Shown here piece by piece: positions 24,564 through 32,000 of a stretch of 32,000 nucleotides of DNA. The notes beneath the pieces were generated by a model. The model ran no database searches, was not told the origin of the DNA, and worked only from the letters and a program-made list of their open reading frames with translations. Source of the stretch: Desulfobacterales bacterium (GTDB taxonomy: Bacteria > Desulfobacterota > Desulfobacteria > Desulfobacterales > JAFDDL01); assembly GCA_963675725.2 (NCBI GenBank), contig CAXXXZ010000002.1, forward strand, positions 1,839,459-1,871,458. The letters are read 5' to 3'. Position 1 is the first letter of the stretch. Each line of letters opens with the position of its first letter. Both the position numbers and the translations under genes were made by a program.

Positions 24564-24986
24564 CTACGTAGTCTTTCGGAGCTCATCAAGCAATTCGGGA
24601 TGCCTGCCAAGCAGACGAAATAGATTGACCACTGCCGGAAGGGGTTTGGATTCTCCGCGCTCATACCGGGAAAAGGCATTATGCCCACCCCCTGTTAATA
24701 AAGCCGCCTGTTTCTGGGTTAGCTTCAACTTTTTACGGATTCGATTCAACTCCTCGGCCTGCGATTGGTCCACCCGCTTCATGAATTCAACCAGCAGTCC
24801 TTCAGTCGCTGCCATATCCTCACCGGACAGGACCGCTTCCCCGCACACGGAACACCAATCTCCTGGTTGGTCGTATGTCAATTTCTCCCCCCGGTAGTCG
24901 AACCGGCTCTTCCGGATTTCCCGACTTAAAGAGCCCCTCGAGCAAACGGGGCATGTTTTGCGTGAATTATGTCTTGTCGCGTTCAT
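24564..24986 (-). CDS. mqsA: MqsA antitoxin (zinc ribbon + XRE HTH)
   Basis: CPVCSRG..CSVCGEAV zinc ribbon plus LKLTQKQAALLTGGGHNAFSRYERGESKP HTH. Confidence 0.85.
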   Translation of the reverse strand: MNATRHNSRKTCPVCSRGSLSREIRKSRFDYRGEKLTYDQPGDWCSVCGEAVLSGEDMAATEGLLVEFMKRVDQSQAEELNRIRKKLKLTQKQAALLTGGGHNAFSRYERGESKPLPAVVNLFRLLGRHPELLDELRKTT

Positions 24987-24989
24987 TAC

Positions 24990-25292
24990 TTACAGTTCCT
25001 TGAACGAGATTGTAAAGTAGCCTGATTCATCTTTTTGAAATTTGATATACAGGCTTTTACGACGCCATTTGGCATGGTAAACATCCTGCCATATCTTCGA
25101 ATCATGATACGTCGTCATGGATTTATAGAAAGAATCATGACCCAACGATTGAATGACCCGTATCGCAACCTCCATGGTGACTCCTGCCCGCAATGCATCG
25201 TTTCTGGCTGAAAGCGTCATTCGGAGACCGTTTATGGATACCATTTGCGCCTGAATATCCTTGAGAACATAATGCGGCCGTTTCTTTTCCAT
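24990..25292 (-). CDS. mqsR: MqsR toxin
   Basis: MEKKRPHYVLKDIQ...KSMTTYHDSKIWQDVYH...LYIKFQKDESGYFTISFKEL shows the typical MqsR pattern, upstream of mqsA. Confidence 0.85.
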   Translation of the reverse strand: MEKKRPHYVLKDIQAQMVSINGLRMTLSARNDALRAGVTMEVAIRVIQSLGHDSFYKSMTTYHDSKIWQDVYHAKWRRKSLYIKFQKDESGYFTISFKEL

Positions 25293-25725
25293 ACCAATAT
25301 AACCCTTAAAGGGTAATTAATCAAGTTTCATATGTACACCATTTTCGTCCATCATTCGAGCGGCTTGTCAGGCTGAAGCTTGAAAAGCTGAGCCTGTCCT
25401 GCCGGGCGTAGCTTAATGCGAAACCTGAAGCGGTCATCCTACGTCCTTTGAGTCTTTAATCGCTCTAACGACCTCACGCGCTCCTGCCTTACGGTCGTTA
25501 GCTTTCCTTACTGATTCCTGATCTCAGTTCATCGTCCATCGTCCATCGGTCTTTACCGTCATACTGTGACCAGCGTTTTAATTCCCGTCCAATTCCAGCG
25601 TTTTAATTCCCATCCGATTTCATCGTTTTGATTCCAGCCATCTAATTCATTTCCGTTTGATTCTGAAAAAAAGAATAAAAATCCATATAGTTGCTCTTAT
25701 TCATCCTGTTGAAGGGAGCCGGCAT

Positions 25726-26148
25726 ATGGAAAAGATCCCCTGTGTTCATTGCGGTACGTTTTTCATGCCTCGGAATCGTGAGCAAAATTATTGTTCGACA
25801 GCTGATTGCCAGCGGGCCAGGAAAGCGGCGTGGCAACGATTTAAAATAAGAACCGATTCGGACTACCGGACCCAACAGAAGCTGAGCCAGCAAAAATGGC
25901 TTAGAAACAATCCAGACTACTGGAAGGATTACCGGCGGCGCAATCCAGATAAAGCGTTAAGAAATCGGGCACTTCAGCATATCAGAAACCGCCGCAACCG
26001 GCGAGCCGGCGGGGGAGTGATTGCCAAGATGGACGCGAGAAAATCCAGTCATTTCGAGCTGGTCGGTGGTTTTTACTTGGTGCCGGTGATTGCAAAGATG
26101 GACGTGAGCCAGGTTAATATTTACACCATCTCAAGCGGTTATATCTGA
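25726..26148 (+). CDS. Hypothetical zinc-ribbon / Arg-rich protein inside IS21-family element
   Basis: MEKIPCVHCGTFFMPRNREQNYCSTADC (CxxC..CxxxxC) followed by a basic region. The 3' end contains the IAKMD-coding DNA repeats. No family recognised. Confidence 0.5.
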   Translation: MEKIPCVHCGTFFMPRNREQNYCSTADCQRARKAAWQRFKIRTDSDYRTQQKLSQQKWLRNNPDYWKDYRRRNPDKALRNRALQHIRNRRNRRAGGGVIAKMDARKSSHFELVGGFYLVPVIAKMDVSQVNIYTISSGYI

Positions 26149-26166
26149 TTGCAAAGATGGACGTGA
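26019..26166 (+). repeat. Three 21-bp direct repeats gattgcMaagatggacgYgag
   Basis: Copies at 26019-26039, 26087-26107 and 26146-26166 (spacing 68 and 59 bp), between/within orf1 and upstream of orf2. Confidence 0.8.
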
Positions 26167-26231
26167 GCACAACCCTGGCCGGCGCATGTTACATGGCCCG
26201 TAAAACCTTTTAGCATTGAAAGGGGGCGGCC

Positions 26232-26612
26232 ATGATCAAGAAAAAAATCCTTGACCCACAGCGCATCCGTCGCATCAGCGGCGGCTTCAGCTTCATCCCG
26301 CATCGATTCCTTACTGGCGGATTTGTATCGTCCTTGGCGCCTGAAGAGCTACTTCTGTATTTTTTTCTGGTGATGGCGGGAGATAAAAACGGGCTTTCCT
26401 ACTACAGCTACGACACGATCTGCAGCCTTCTTAAGATGCCTCTGGAGACGTATCTTCAGGCCCGGAATGCGTTAATCAAATACGACCTTCTCGCCTTTGA
26501 CGGCACGATCTTTCAGGTGCTTGATCTTCCCGATACGGCCCCTGCAACAAAGCCTTGCAGCTCAAACATTAATGGGCTGATCGGCAGCATGCTGAAGGGG
26601 GCGTCGGTATGA
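26232..26612 (+). CDS. Hypothetical protein (possible winged-helix DNA-binding) inside IS21-family element
   Basis: 126 aa with RBS aaaggggg. Its stop overlaps the istA ATG (ATGA), suggesting translational coupling. The winged-helix guess rests on pattern only. Confidence 0.5.
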   Translation: MIKKKILDPQRIRRISGGFSFIPHRFLTGGFVSSLAPEELLLYFFLVMAGDKNGLSYYSYDTICSLLKMPLETYLQARNALIKYDLLAFDGTIFQVLDLPDTAPATKPCSSNINGLIGSMLKGASV

Positions 26613-28093
26613 TAGGCAGCGAACTTCTTTTTGAAATCACCCGCCTGAAGAGCGCGGGGTGGTCCGATCGCAAGATTGCACGTCACCTCGGATGTGATCG
26701 GGCCACCGTCAAAAAATATGTGGAAAACCCATACCAAGAATTTAAAAAGCCGCCGCCCAGGCAGTCAAAACTTTCTGCCTATCGCCACCTGATCCACCAG
26801 TGGTTCAAAGAGGACCCGGAGGTTAAGGCTACTGTGGTGCTGCAACGGCTTTCTGAAAAAGGGTTTACCGGCAAGATCACCATTGTGCGGGATTTGCTTA
26901 GGGAGCTTCGGGGCCGACGGAAATATCGTCAAGCGTATATCCGCTTCGAGTCTGGACCCGGCAAGCAGATGCAGATCGACTGGGGGCATTTTGGCTCGCT
27001 GGCATACGGCGGGACAACCAGAAAGCTCTATGCCCTGGCGGTATTGGAAGCCCACAGCCGCATGCTGTATGTAGAATTCACCCACAGTCAGAAACAGCAG
27101 ACGCTGCACCGATGTCTTCTGAATGCCTTTTTGTTCTTTGGCGGCACTCCTCGTGAGATAGTGGTGGACAACATGCTCACGGCCGTCACCGAGCGCCAAG
27201 GGTCGGTGATTCGATTTAATGATGCGTTTCTGGATTTTTTGCGTATCTTCGCCATCCGACCAATTGCCTGCAATCCCGGCGCGCCCCATGAAAAGGGAAA
27301 GGTGGAGGCGGCTATCAAATATATACGTCGGAACTTCTGGCCCCTGAGATCTTTCGCTGATCTCGCCGATGTAAACCATCAGGTCCGCCAGTGGCTTGAT
27401 GCGGTTGCCAATGTGCGGCTTCACCAGAGCACCGGAAAACCGCCGCTGGAGCGTTTTGAAAAAGATAGCCTTCAGCGGCTTCCGGAACTTTTGCCGGACT
27501 GCCGGGAAGTATATCAGCTCAAGGTGCACAAGGATTTTGCGGTTCGCTTCGACGGCAATAGCTACAGCGTTCCGCCCTGGAGTATTGGCAAAAAGCTTAC
27601 CTTGAAAGCCGATGCCTGCAGCGTAACGCTGTATCACCGGGAGAAGAAAATCGCCGTTCACACCCGGTGTTGGCAGCGCTACCAACGAATTGAGACAGAA
27701 GCCCACGGACAGCAGGTAAAAAGACTCCAAAGAAGGCTGTGGCATGACCGCGAGGTCGCAGCCTTTGCTTCATTGGGGGAAGATGCCCGGCGCTATCTGG
27801 AGGGCATGATCGCTGCGGGCGTTGGTGTCAAAAAAAACGTCGCCAAAATACTTGAACTGAAAAATGAATACGGGGCCGGGGCGATTGTCGCAGCCGTCCA
27901 GAAGGCGCTTTCGTTCAGCGCCTACGGGGCGGATTACATCGAAAATATCCTCTATCAGGAAATAACGCCGTGCAGTCATCATCCGCCGGTTAAGCTGAAA
28001 AATGATGCGCTGAATCGTATCGTGCTCACGCAACCATCACTGTCCGATTATGATGCTCACGTGCTCAAAAAAAAGGGGAAAACCGATGAATGA
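26609..28093 (+). CDS. istA: IS21-family transposase IstA
   Basis: 494 aa. N-terminal HTH (WSDRKIARHLGCDRATVKKY) and a DDE core (QIDWGHF..VVDN..PGAPHEKGKVE). Confidence 0.9.
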   Translation: MIGSELLFEITRLKSAGWSDRKIARHLGCDRATVKKYVENPYQEFKKPPPRQSKLSAYRHLIHQWFKEDPEVKATVVLQRLSEKGFTGKITIVRDLLRELRGRRKYRQAYIRFESGPGKQMQIDWGHFGSLAYGGTTRKLYALAVLEAHSRMLYVEFTHSQKQQTLHRCLLNAFLFFGGTPREIVVDNMLTAVTERQGSVIRFNDAFLDFLRIFAIRPIACNPGAPHEKGKVEAAIKYIRRNFWPLRSFADLADVNHQVRQWLDAVANVRLHQSTGKPPLERFEKDSLQRLPELLPDCREVYQLKVHKDFAVRFDGNSYSVPPWSIGKKLTLKADACSVTLYHREKKIAVHTRCWQRYQRIETEAHGQQVKRLQRRLWHDREVAAFASLGEDARRYLEGMIAAGVGVKKNVAKILELKNEYGAGAIVAAVQKALSFSAYGADYIENILYQEITPCSHHPPVKLKNDALNRIVLTQPSLSDYDAHVLKKKGKTDE

Positions 28094-28823
28094 GCTTATC
28101 GATAAATGCAAAGAGCTCAGGCTCAAAGCCAGTGGGCAGAATATCGTCCAGGTTATTGAGGCGGCCTCGCAAAAAAACTGGACCATCCAGAAAACCATCG
28201 CCCATCTTTTTGACCTGGAATTGGAATACCGACGACTGAATCGCATCGCCTTATACTTTAAAAGATCCAAGCTTACGGAAAAGCTCACCATCGACCAGTT
28301 TGATTTTGGCCACCACCGTTCCCGAAAGGATCAGAAATCGAAAATACTGGACCTGACCTCCCTTACGTTTATGCAACAGAAAAAGGATATCATCTTCATC
28401 GGCAATCCGGGTACCGGCAAATCTTTTTTGGCCAAGTGTATCGCCTATGCGGCGACCCAGGCCGGAAAAAAGGTAATGTTTACCACCGCTATGGACATGA
28501 TTAACCACCTCATCGCGGCTGAAGCGGACCATTCCTTGCTCAAAAAGCTTCAGTTTTATCAATCCCAGGACCTGCTTGTAATCGACGAAATCGGTTATCT
28601 TCCGCTGGGCCGGCAGGGGTCAAACTTGTTCTTCCAGGTCATCAGCCAAAGGCATGATCAACGATCCACGGTGATCACAACCAATCTGCCTTTTGGGCAA
28701 TGGGGGAACATCTTTGACGGCACCACTGTGGCCACCGCGATCGCCGACCGCCTCGTCTATAACTCCCAGGTTCTTATCTTGGAGGGTAAAAGCTATCGAA
28801 AGAGGGAAATCCAGGCTGAATGA
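28086..28823 (+). CDS. istB: IS21-family helper ATPase IstB
   Basis: Walker A GNPGTGKSFLA and Walker B LLVIDEIGY. The ATG at 28086 overlaps the istA stop. Confidence 0.9.
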   Translation: MNELIDKCKELRLKASGQNIVQVIEAASQKNWTIQKTIAHLFDLELEYRRLNRIALYFKRSKLTEKLTIDQFDFGHHRSRKDQKSKILDLTSLTFMQQKKDIIFIGNPGTGKSFLAKCIAYAATQAGKKVMFTTAMDMINHLIAAEADHSLLKKLQFYQSQDLLVIDEIGYLPLGRQGSNLFFQVISQRHDQRSTVITTNLPFGQWGNIFDGTTVATAIADRLVYNSQVLILEGKSYRKREIQAE

Positions 28824-28991
28824 CTAAAAATAAGGGCACCACCGACAGCCCCCTTCAACACACCACACTCACGGCTTGTTCATTGCGCCATTAGGATCGA
28901 CTGCGCGCCTACTGTTGATTGGCTGATATTAAAACGTTGGTTTTGGCTGGAATCTCAAACGTTGGTCACAGTCATACATCACTGTTCACTG

Positions 28992-29093
28992 CATTTTACA
29001 TTCTGCGTTAATCGGCGCACCCCTCAAGGGGGTATTAAACTGAAAAATCTGTGGATAGAAACTTATAAACTTATGTACGTCCCTGAATTCCAC
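28992..29093 (+). repeat. Element Y (full length)
   Basis: Near-identical to 23561-23671. Its right end ...ctgaattccac joins directly to a truncated PIN gene. Confidence 0.8.
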
Positions 29094-29405
29094 CCGGGTA
29101 GTCTATTCACAACCGAAGCTGTTCTCACGGAAGTTCTTTATCTTCTGAATTTTTCGGTCAAGGCTCAGGAAGCGGCCATCAATTTTATTCTTAATTTGGT
29201 GGTTGAATTGATTCCTTCAAGTGCTGACAGTTTAAAAAAAGCAATAACACTTATGAAAAAATATTCTGATCTGCCGATGGATTACGCAGATGCGACGATT
29301 GTTTGTCTTGCAATGGAAACAGGCATACATAATATCATCACTCTCGATAAAAAGGATTTCGGTATATACAGGCTCAAGCGCAAACCCTTTTGTGTTTTTC
29401 CATAA
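29094..29405 (+). pseudogene. PIN-domain toxin lacking its N-terminus
   Basis: ..TEAVLTEVLYLL...MDYADATIVCLAMETGIHNIITLDKKDF.. covers the central and C-terminal PIN motifs. The first acidic motif and the true start are replaced by element Y. Confidence 0.6.
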
Positions 29406-29465
29406 CCCATTGCCCTACGGGCAGATTAATTTTATTTGCGTTTTTGTCTGTGTGGGTCCGTGGCC

Positions 29466-29850
29466 AATTGATAAGTGATCAGTTATGAGTTATGTGCGAT
29501 GAGTGATGAATTCCGTTTGCTAAGTGCTGAGTAAAAAACCGTTAGATCGGAAGTCGTTAGTCGTAAGGAATTAATCTTGAAGGTTGAGAACGTCCCCACG
29601 ATCGTTAAAATACGTGAGGGCGTAAGTCGTCAGGGGTGGTCGTTGCTGTTTCGCTCTAACGCCCTCCCGCCTGACGCTCTCCCGGCAGTTAAGCCCTCAC
29701 GCCTCACGGTCGTTTTGTCTTCCCTCGTCCTTCGATCTTTCTTCGTCTATCGTCCCAGCGAAGCACACGTCCAACGTCCCTCGGTCTTTACTGTTCACCG
29801 ATCACCATTCACAGATCACTGAGGTTATTCTGTCAAGAATGAAGACCCGG
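29466..29850. repeat. Palindromic mosaic block P2
   Basis: The left arm has inverted classes (gtgatcag, gatgagtgatga, gatcggaagtcgttagtcgtaagg, cgtgagggcgtaagtcgt). The right arm has forward classes (ctaacgccctcccgcc, ctcacgcctcacggtcgt, cgtccttcgatc, ctgttcaccgatcac), ending in box 10. Confidence 0.6.
29828..29847 (+). repeat. 20-bp terminal box (copy 10)
   Basis: Sequence ttctgtcaagaatgaagacc, preceded by cactgaggttat. Confidence 0.8.
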
Positions 29851-29860
29851 GCAATTCTCC

Positions 29861-29928
29861 TGAAAATATGGCAAACATAGAAACTGCATTTAAAATACAT
29901 CTTGGACTGGAATTTGAGTTAGATTAGT
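29861..29928 (+). pseudogene. MazF-family toxin, 3' remnant
   Basis: ctgaaaatatggcaaacatagaaactgcatttaaaatacatcttggactggaatttgagttagat matches 2965-3029 (..ENMANIETALKIHLGLEFELD). Downstream flank homology continues to ~29948. Confidence 0.75.
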
Positions 29929-29958
29929 CACGACCTACATAATACAGCCGCGAATCAG

Positions 29959-30000
29959 CGGATAGAAACTTATAAACTTATGTACGTCCCTGAATTCCAC
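29959..30000 (+). repeat. Element Y, 3' part
   Basis: cggatagaaacttataaacttatgtacgtccctgaattccac. Confidence 0.8.
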
Positions 30001-30041
30001 CTCTCACAATTGTCTTTTGGCCGTTCACTGATCAAGGCCAT

Positions 30042-31133
30042 CTACAAATTTTGAATTATGTTGGTAATCCGTTCGGCAGTTTTACCATCCCAAAGATCAG
30101 GGATAACACCTTTCGGAAAACCATTGCTAAGAATTGACGCCACCATTAAGGTAATGTCTTCAGGCTTGCACAGGCGATTGGTACCCTGGGTAACCGTCAC
30201 AGGGCGTTCGGTATTGGCCCGCAACGTTAAACAGGGGATTTGTAAATACGTCGTCTCTTCCTGGACCCCGCCCGAATCTGTAATTATCAGTTTACTGTTA
30301 AAGACCAAATTCATAAACTCGTTATACCCAAGCGGGTCTGTCAAAAAGATATTTTTAGCATTTTCAAGAGAAACAATGCCAAATCGCTTCAGGTTCCCGG
30401 CGGTTCTGGGATGAACCGGAAATATCAAAGGAATCCTTTCTGAAACGTCGACAAGTTCACCACAAAGCATTTCAAGCGTTTCTCTGGTATCAACATTCGA
30501 AGGGCGATGAAGCGTAACAAGACCGTACCCTTTTGGGGAGCATCCAAAGTTACGATACAATTGAAGGTGTTCGAAATTCGATTTTGCCATGATCAGGGAA
30601 TCGATCATGATATTCCCAACAAACTCTACTTTATCGGCCGCCACCCCTTCATTTTGAAGATTTTCATTTCCATCTAAAGAAGGTGTCCACAAATGATCGG
30701 CGATGGCATCGGTCACAACCCGGTTAATTTCTTCAGGCATGGTGCGATCAAAGGATCTTAGCCCGGCCTCGAGATGCGCGACCCTTATACCCAATTTAAC
30801 AGCTGCCAGGCTCGCCGCCATCGTAGAATTGACATCCCCCACCACCACAACCAGATCCGGCCTCTCTTTTAACAGCACCTTTTCATATTCGATCATAACA
30901 TTCCCTGTCTGCTGTGAGTGGCTACCGCTCCCAACATTCAAATGGATATGCGGTTCAGGCAGATCGAAGTTCTTGAAAAAGACGTCGGACATATTCAAAT
31001 CATAATGCTGGCCCGTATGCACAATAATGGCTTCAGCCCATTCATGCTGATTCAGCGCATGGTAAAGCGGCGCTATTTTCATGAAATTAGGGCGGGCAGC
31101 AGCAATCAGATGGATTTTTTTGATAATACTCAT
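30042..31133 (-). CDS. wecB: UDP-N-acetylglucosamine 2-epimerase (non-hydrolysing)
   Basis: 363 aa. ..AARPNFMKIAPL..HTGQHYD..MSDVFF..LNVGSGSHSQQTG.. is the classic WecB/MnaA pattern. Confidence 0.9.
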   Translation of the reverse strand: MSIIKKIHLIAAARPNFMKIAPLYHALNQHEWAEAIIVHTGQHYDLNMSDVFFKNFDLPEPHIHLNVGSGSHSQQTGNVMIEYEKVLLKERPDLVVVVGDVNSTMAASLAAVKLGIRVAHLEAGLRSFDRTMPEEINRVVTDAIADHLWTPSLDGNENLQNEGVAADKVEFVGNIMIDSLIMAKSNFEHLQLYRNFGCSPKGYGLVTLHRPSNVDTRETLEMLCGELVDVSERIPLIFPVHPRTAGNLKRFGIVSLENAKNIFLTDPLGYNEFMNLVFNSKLIITDSGGVQEETTYLQIPCLTLRANTERPVTVTQGTNRLCKPEDITLMVASILSNGFPKGVIPDLWDGKTAERITNIIQNL

Positions 31134-31876
31134 AACGCTTTTTTATTATAAAGTAATTCTTTCGTTAGTTCCCAGCAGAAAACCGGATTGGTCGCTGCAT
31201 ATCTTTTCCACATACGGCGGGGTTCCTGGTATATTCTGTAGGCCCACTCAAGACCAGCGTTTTGCATCCACTGTGGCGCCCGTTGAGTTTTACCAGCAAT
31301 AATATCAAAACTTCCGCCAACGCCCATACAAAATGGCACCTCCATCTTTGGCATCCACTTATTTAAAAAGGTTTCTTTCATTGGGGATGAAAATCCGACA
31401 AACAGCATATCAGCCCCACTTTTTTTTATATCTTCTGCAATTTGGGGCTCCTCATCTTTTGAAAAATAGCCGTTTCGGAATCCTGCAACCTTTAAAGCCG
31501 GATGTTTGGCTTTAAAATTTTCGACCACTTGCTCCACAACCCATTGCCTGGCCCCAAAAAAATAAGGTTGATACCCTTTTACGCTACAGACATGAACCAA
31601 TTCTTGAAAAAGATCCACACCCGCAACCCGGCTGTAGAGAGGCTTTTTTAAAAGCTTTGCTGCCCAAACAATTGGCATACCATCCGCATTGATAATGTGA
31701 CAATTTTTTATGATTTTTTTTAATTCAGGGTTCTTCTTCATTTCAACAAATTTTGAAACATTTACGACCACGTGTTGGCACATTTTACGGCTTTGAATGT
31801 AGTGCTCGATTTCCTTAATGGTCTCTTCCATATTAAATGTATCAACTGGGCAACCCATGATTTCGATTCGTTTCAC
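31130..31876 (-). CDS. WecB/TagA/CpsF-family glycosyltransferase (N-acetylmannosaminyltransferase-like)
   Basis: 248 aa. ..INADGMPIVWAAKLL..VAGVDL..YFFGA.. is typical of the TagA/WecG family. 4-nt overlap with the downstream epimerase gene. Confidence 0.85.
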   Translation of the reverse strand: MKRIEIMGCPVDTFNMEETIKEIEHYIQSRKMCQHVVVNVSKFVEMKKNPELKKIIKNCHIINADGMPIVWAAKLLKKPLYSRVAGVDLFQELVHVCSVKGYQPYFFGARQWVVEQVVENFKAKHPALKVAGFRNGYFSKDEEPQIAEDIKKSGADMLFVGFSSPMKETFLNKWMPKMEVPFCMGVGGSFDIIAGKTQRAPQWMQNAGLEWAYRIYQEPRRMWKRYAATNPVFCWELTKELLYNKKAL

Positions 31877-32000
31877 AGGCCTATCCTTTCATAAGAAAAT
31901 TGTACTTAAGATTGTATTTTTCGACTTAGTTCGGGTTTCTTTATAACGGTTTTTTTTGGTGAGATATCTACCTTAGATAATAAGATAAACAATAATACAG

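Larger units (their letters stand above)
25565..28970 (+). mobile_element. IS21-family element with two extra 5' ORFs (3406 bp)
   Basis: IRL tgtgaccagcgttt vs reverse complement of IRR tgtgaccaacgttt. 7-bp direct repeat gtcatac at 25558-25564 and 28971-28977. Subterminal repeats (cagcgttttaattcc x2-3 on the left; aaaacgttgg/caaacgttgg on the right). istA-istB present. Confidence 0.9.

Noticed and set aside
26765-27745. A 326-aa minus-strand ORF, plus shorter ones, inside the IS21-family element.
   Set aside because: They are antisense to the well-supported istA/istB genes. Their composition is low-complexity and no family resemblance is seen.

Overview
This is a bacterial accessory region. 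I saw no rRNA, tRNA or CRISPR array. All family names come from reading the translations, because no database search was possible.

- **Right edge (30.0-31.9 kb):** an ordinary polysaccharide locus with a WecB-like UDP-GlcNAc 2-epimerase and a TagA/WecG-family transferase. Two glycosyltransferase paralogues, roughly 90% identical by eye, and an NTP_transf_5-like gene lie scattered further left.
- **The remaining ~30 kb:** a dense array of small units.
  - About 16 toxin-antitoxin loci or remnants: RHH-MazF, HigBA, Phd-VapC x2, MNT-HepT x2 plus an orphan MNT, DUF4258/zinc-ribbon x2, AbrB-RelE and MqsRA.
  - One GxxExxY gene, four-helix-bundle gene fragments and a DUF4143 ATPase.
- **Unit separators:** 100-450 bp mosaic repeat blocks built from about 8 families of short degenerate motifs. 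Most are co-oriented on the + strand. They typically end in a conserved 20-bp box, which occurs 10 times, always on the + strand.
- **Four inserted mobile elements:**
  - two ORF-bearing group II introns, both on the - strand;
  - an IS110-family element with long structured non-coding flanks;
  - an IS21-family element with exact inverted repeats, a 7-bp target duplication and two extra ORFs.
- **TA decay:** at least four toxin genes carry inactivating lesions while their antitoxin partners look intact.

The main novelty candidate is the box-delimited, polar cassette array. It resembles an integron, but I could not recognise canonical attC cores, and no integrase lies in the window.
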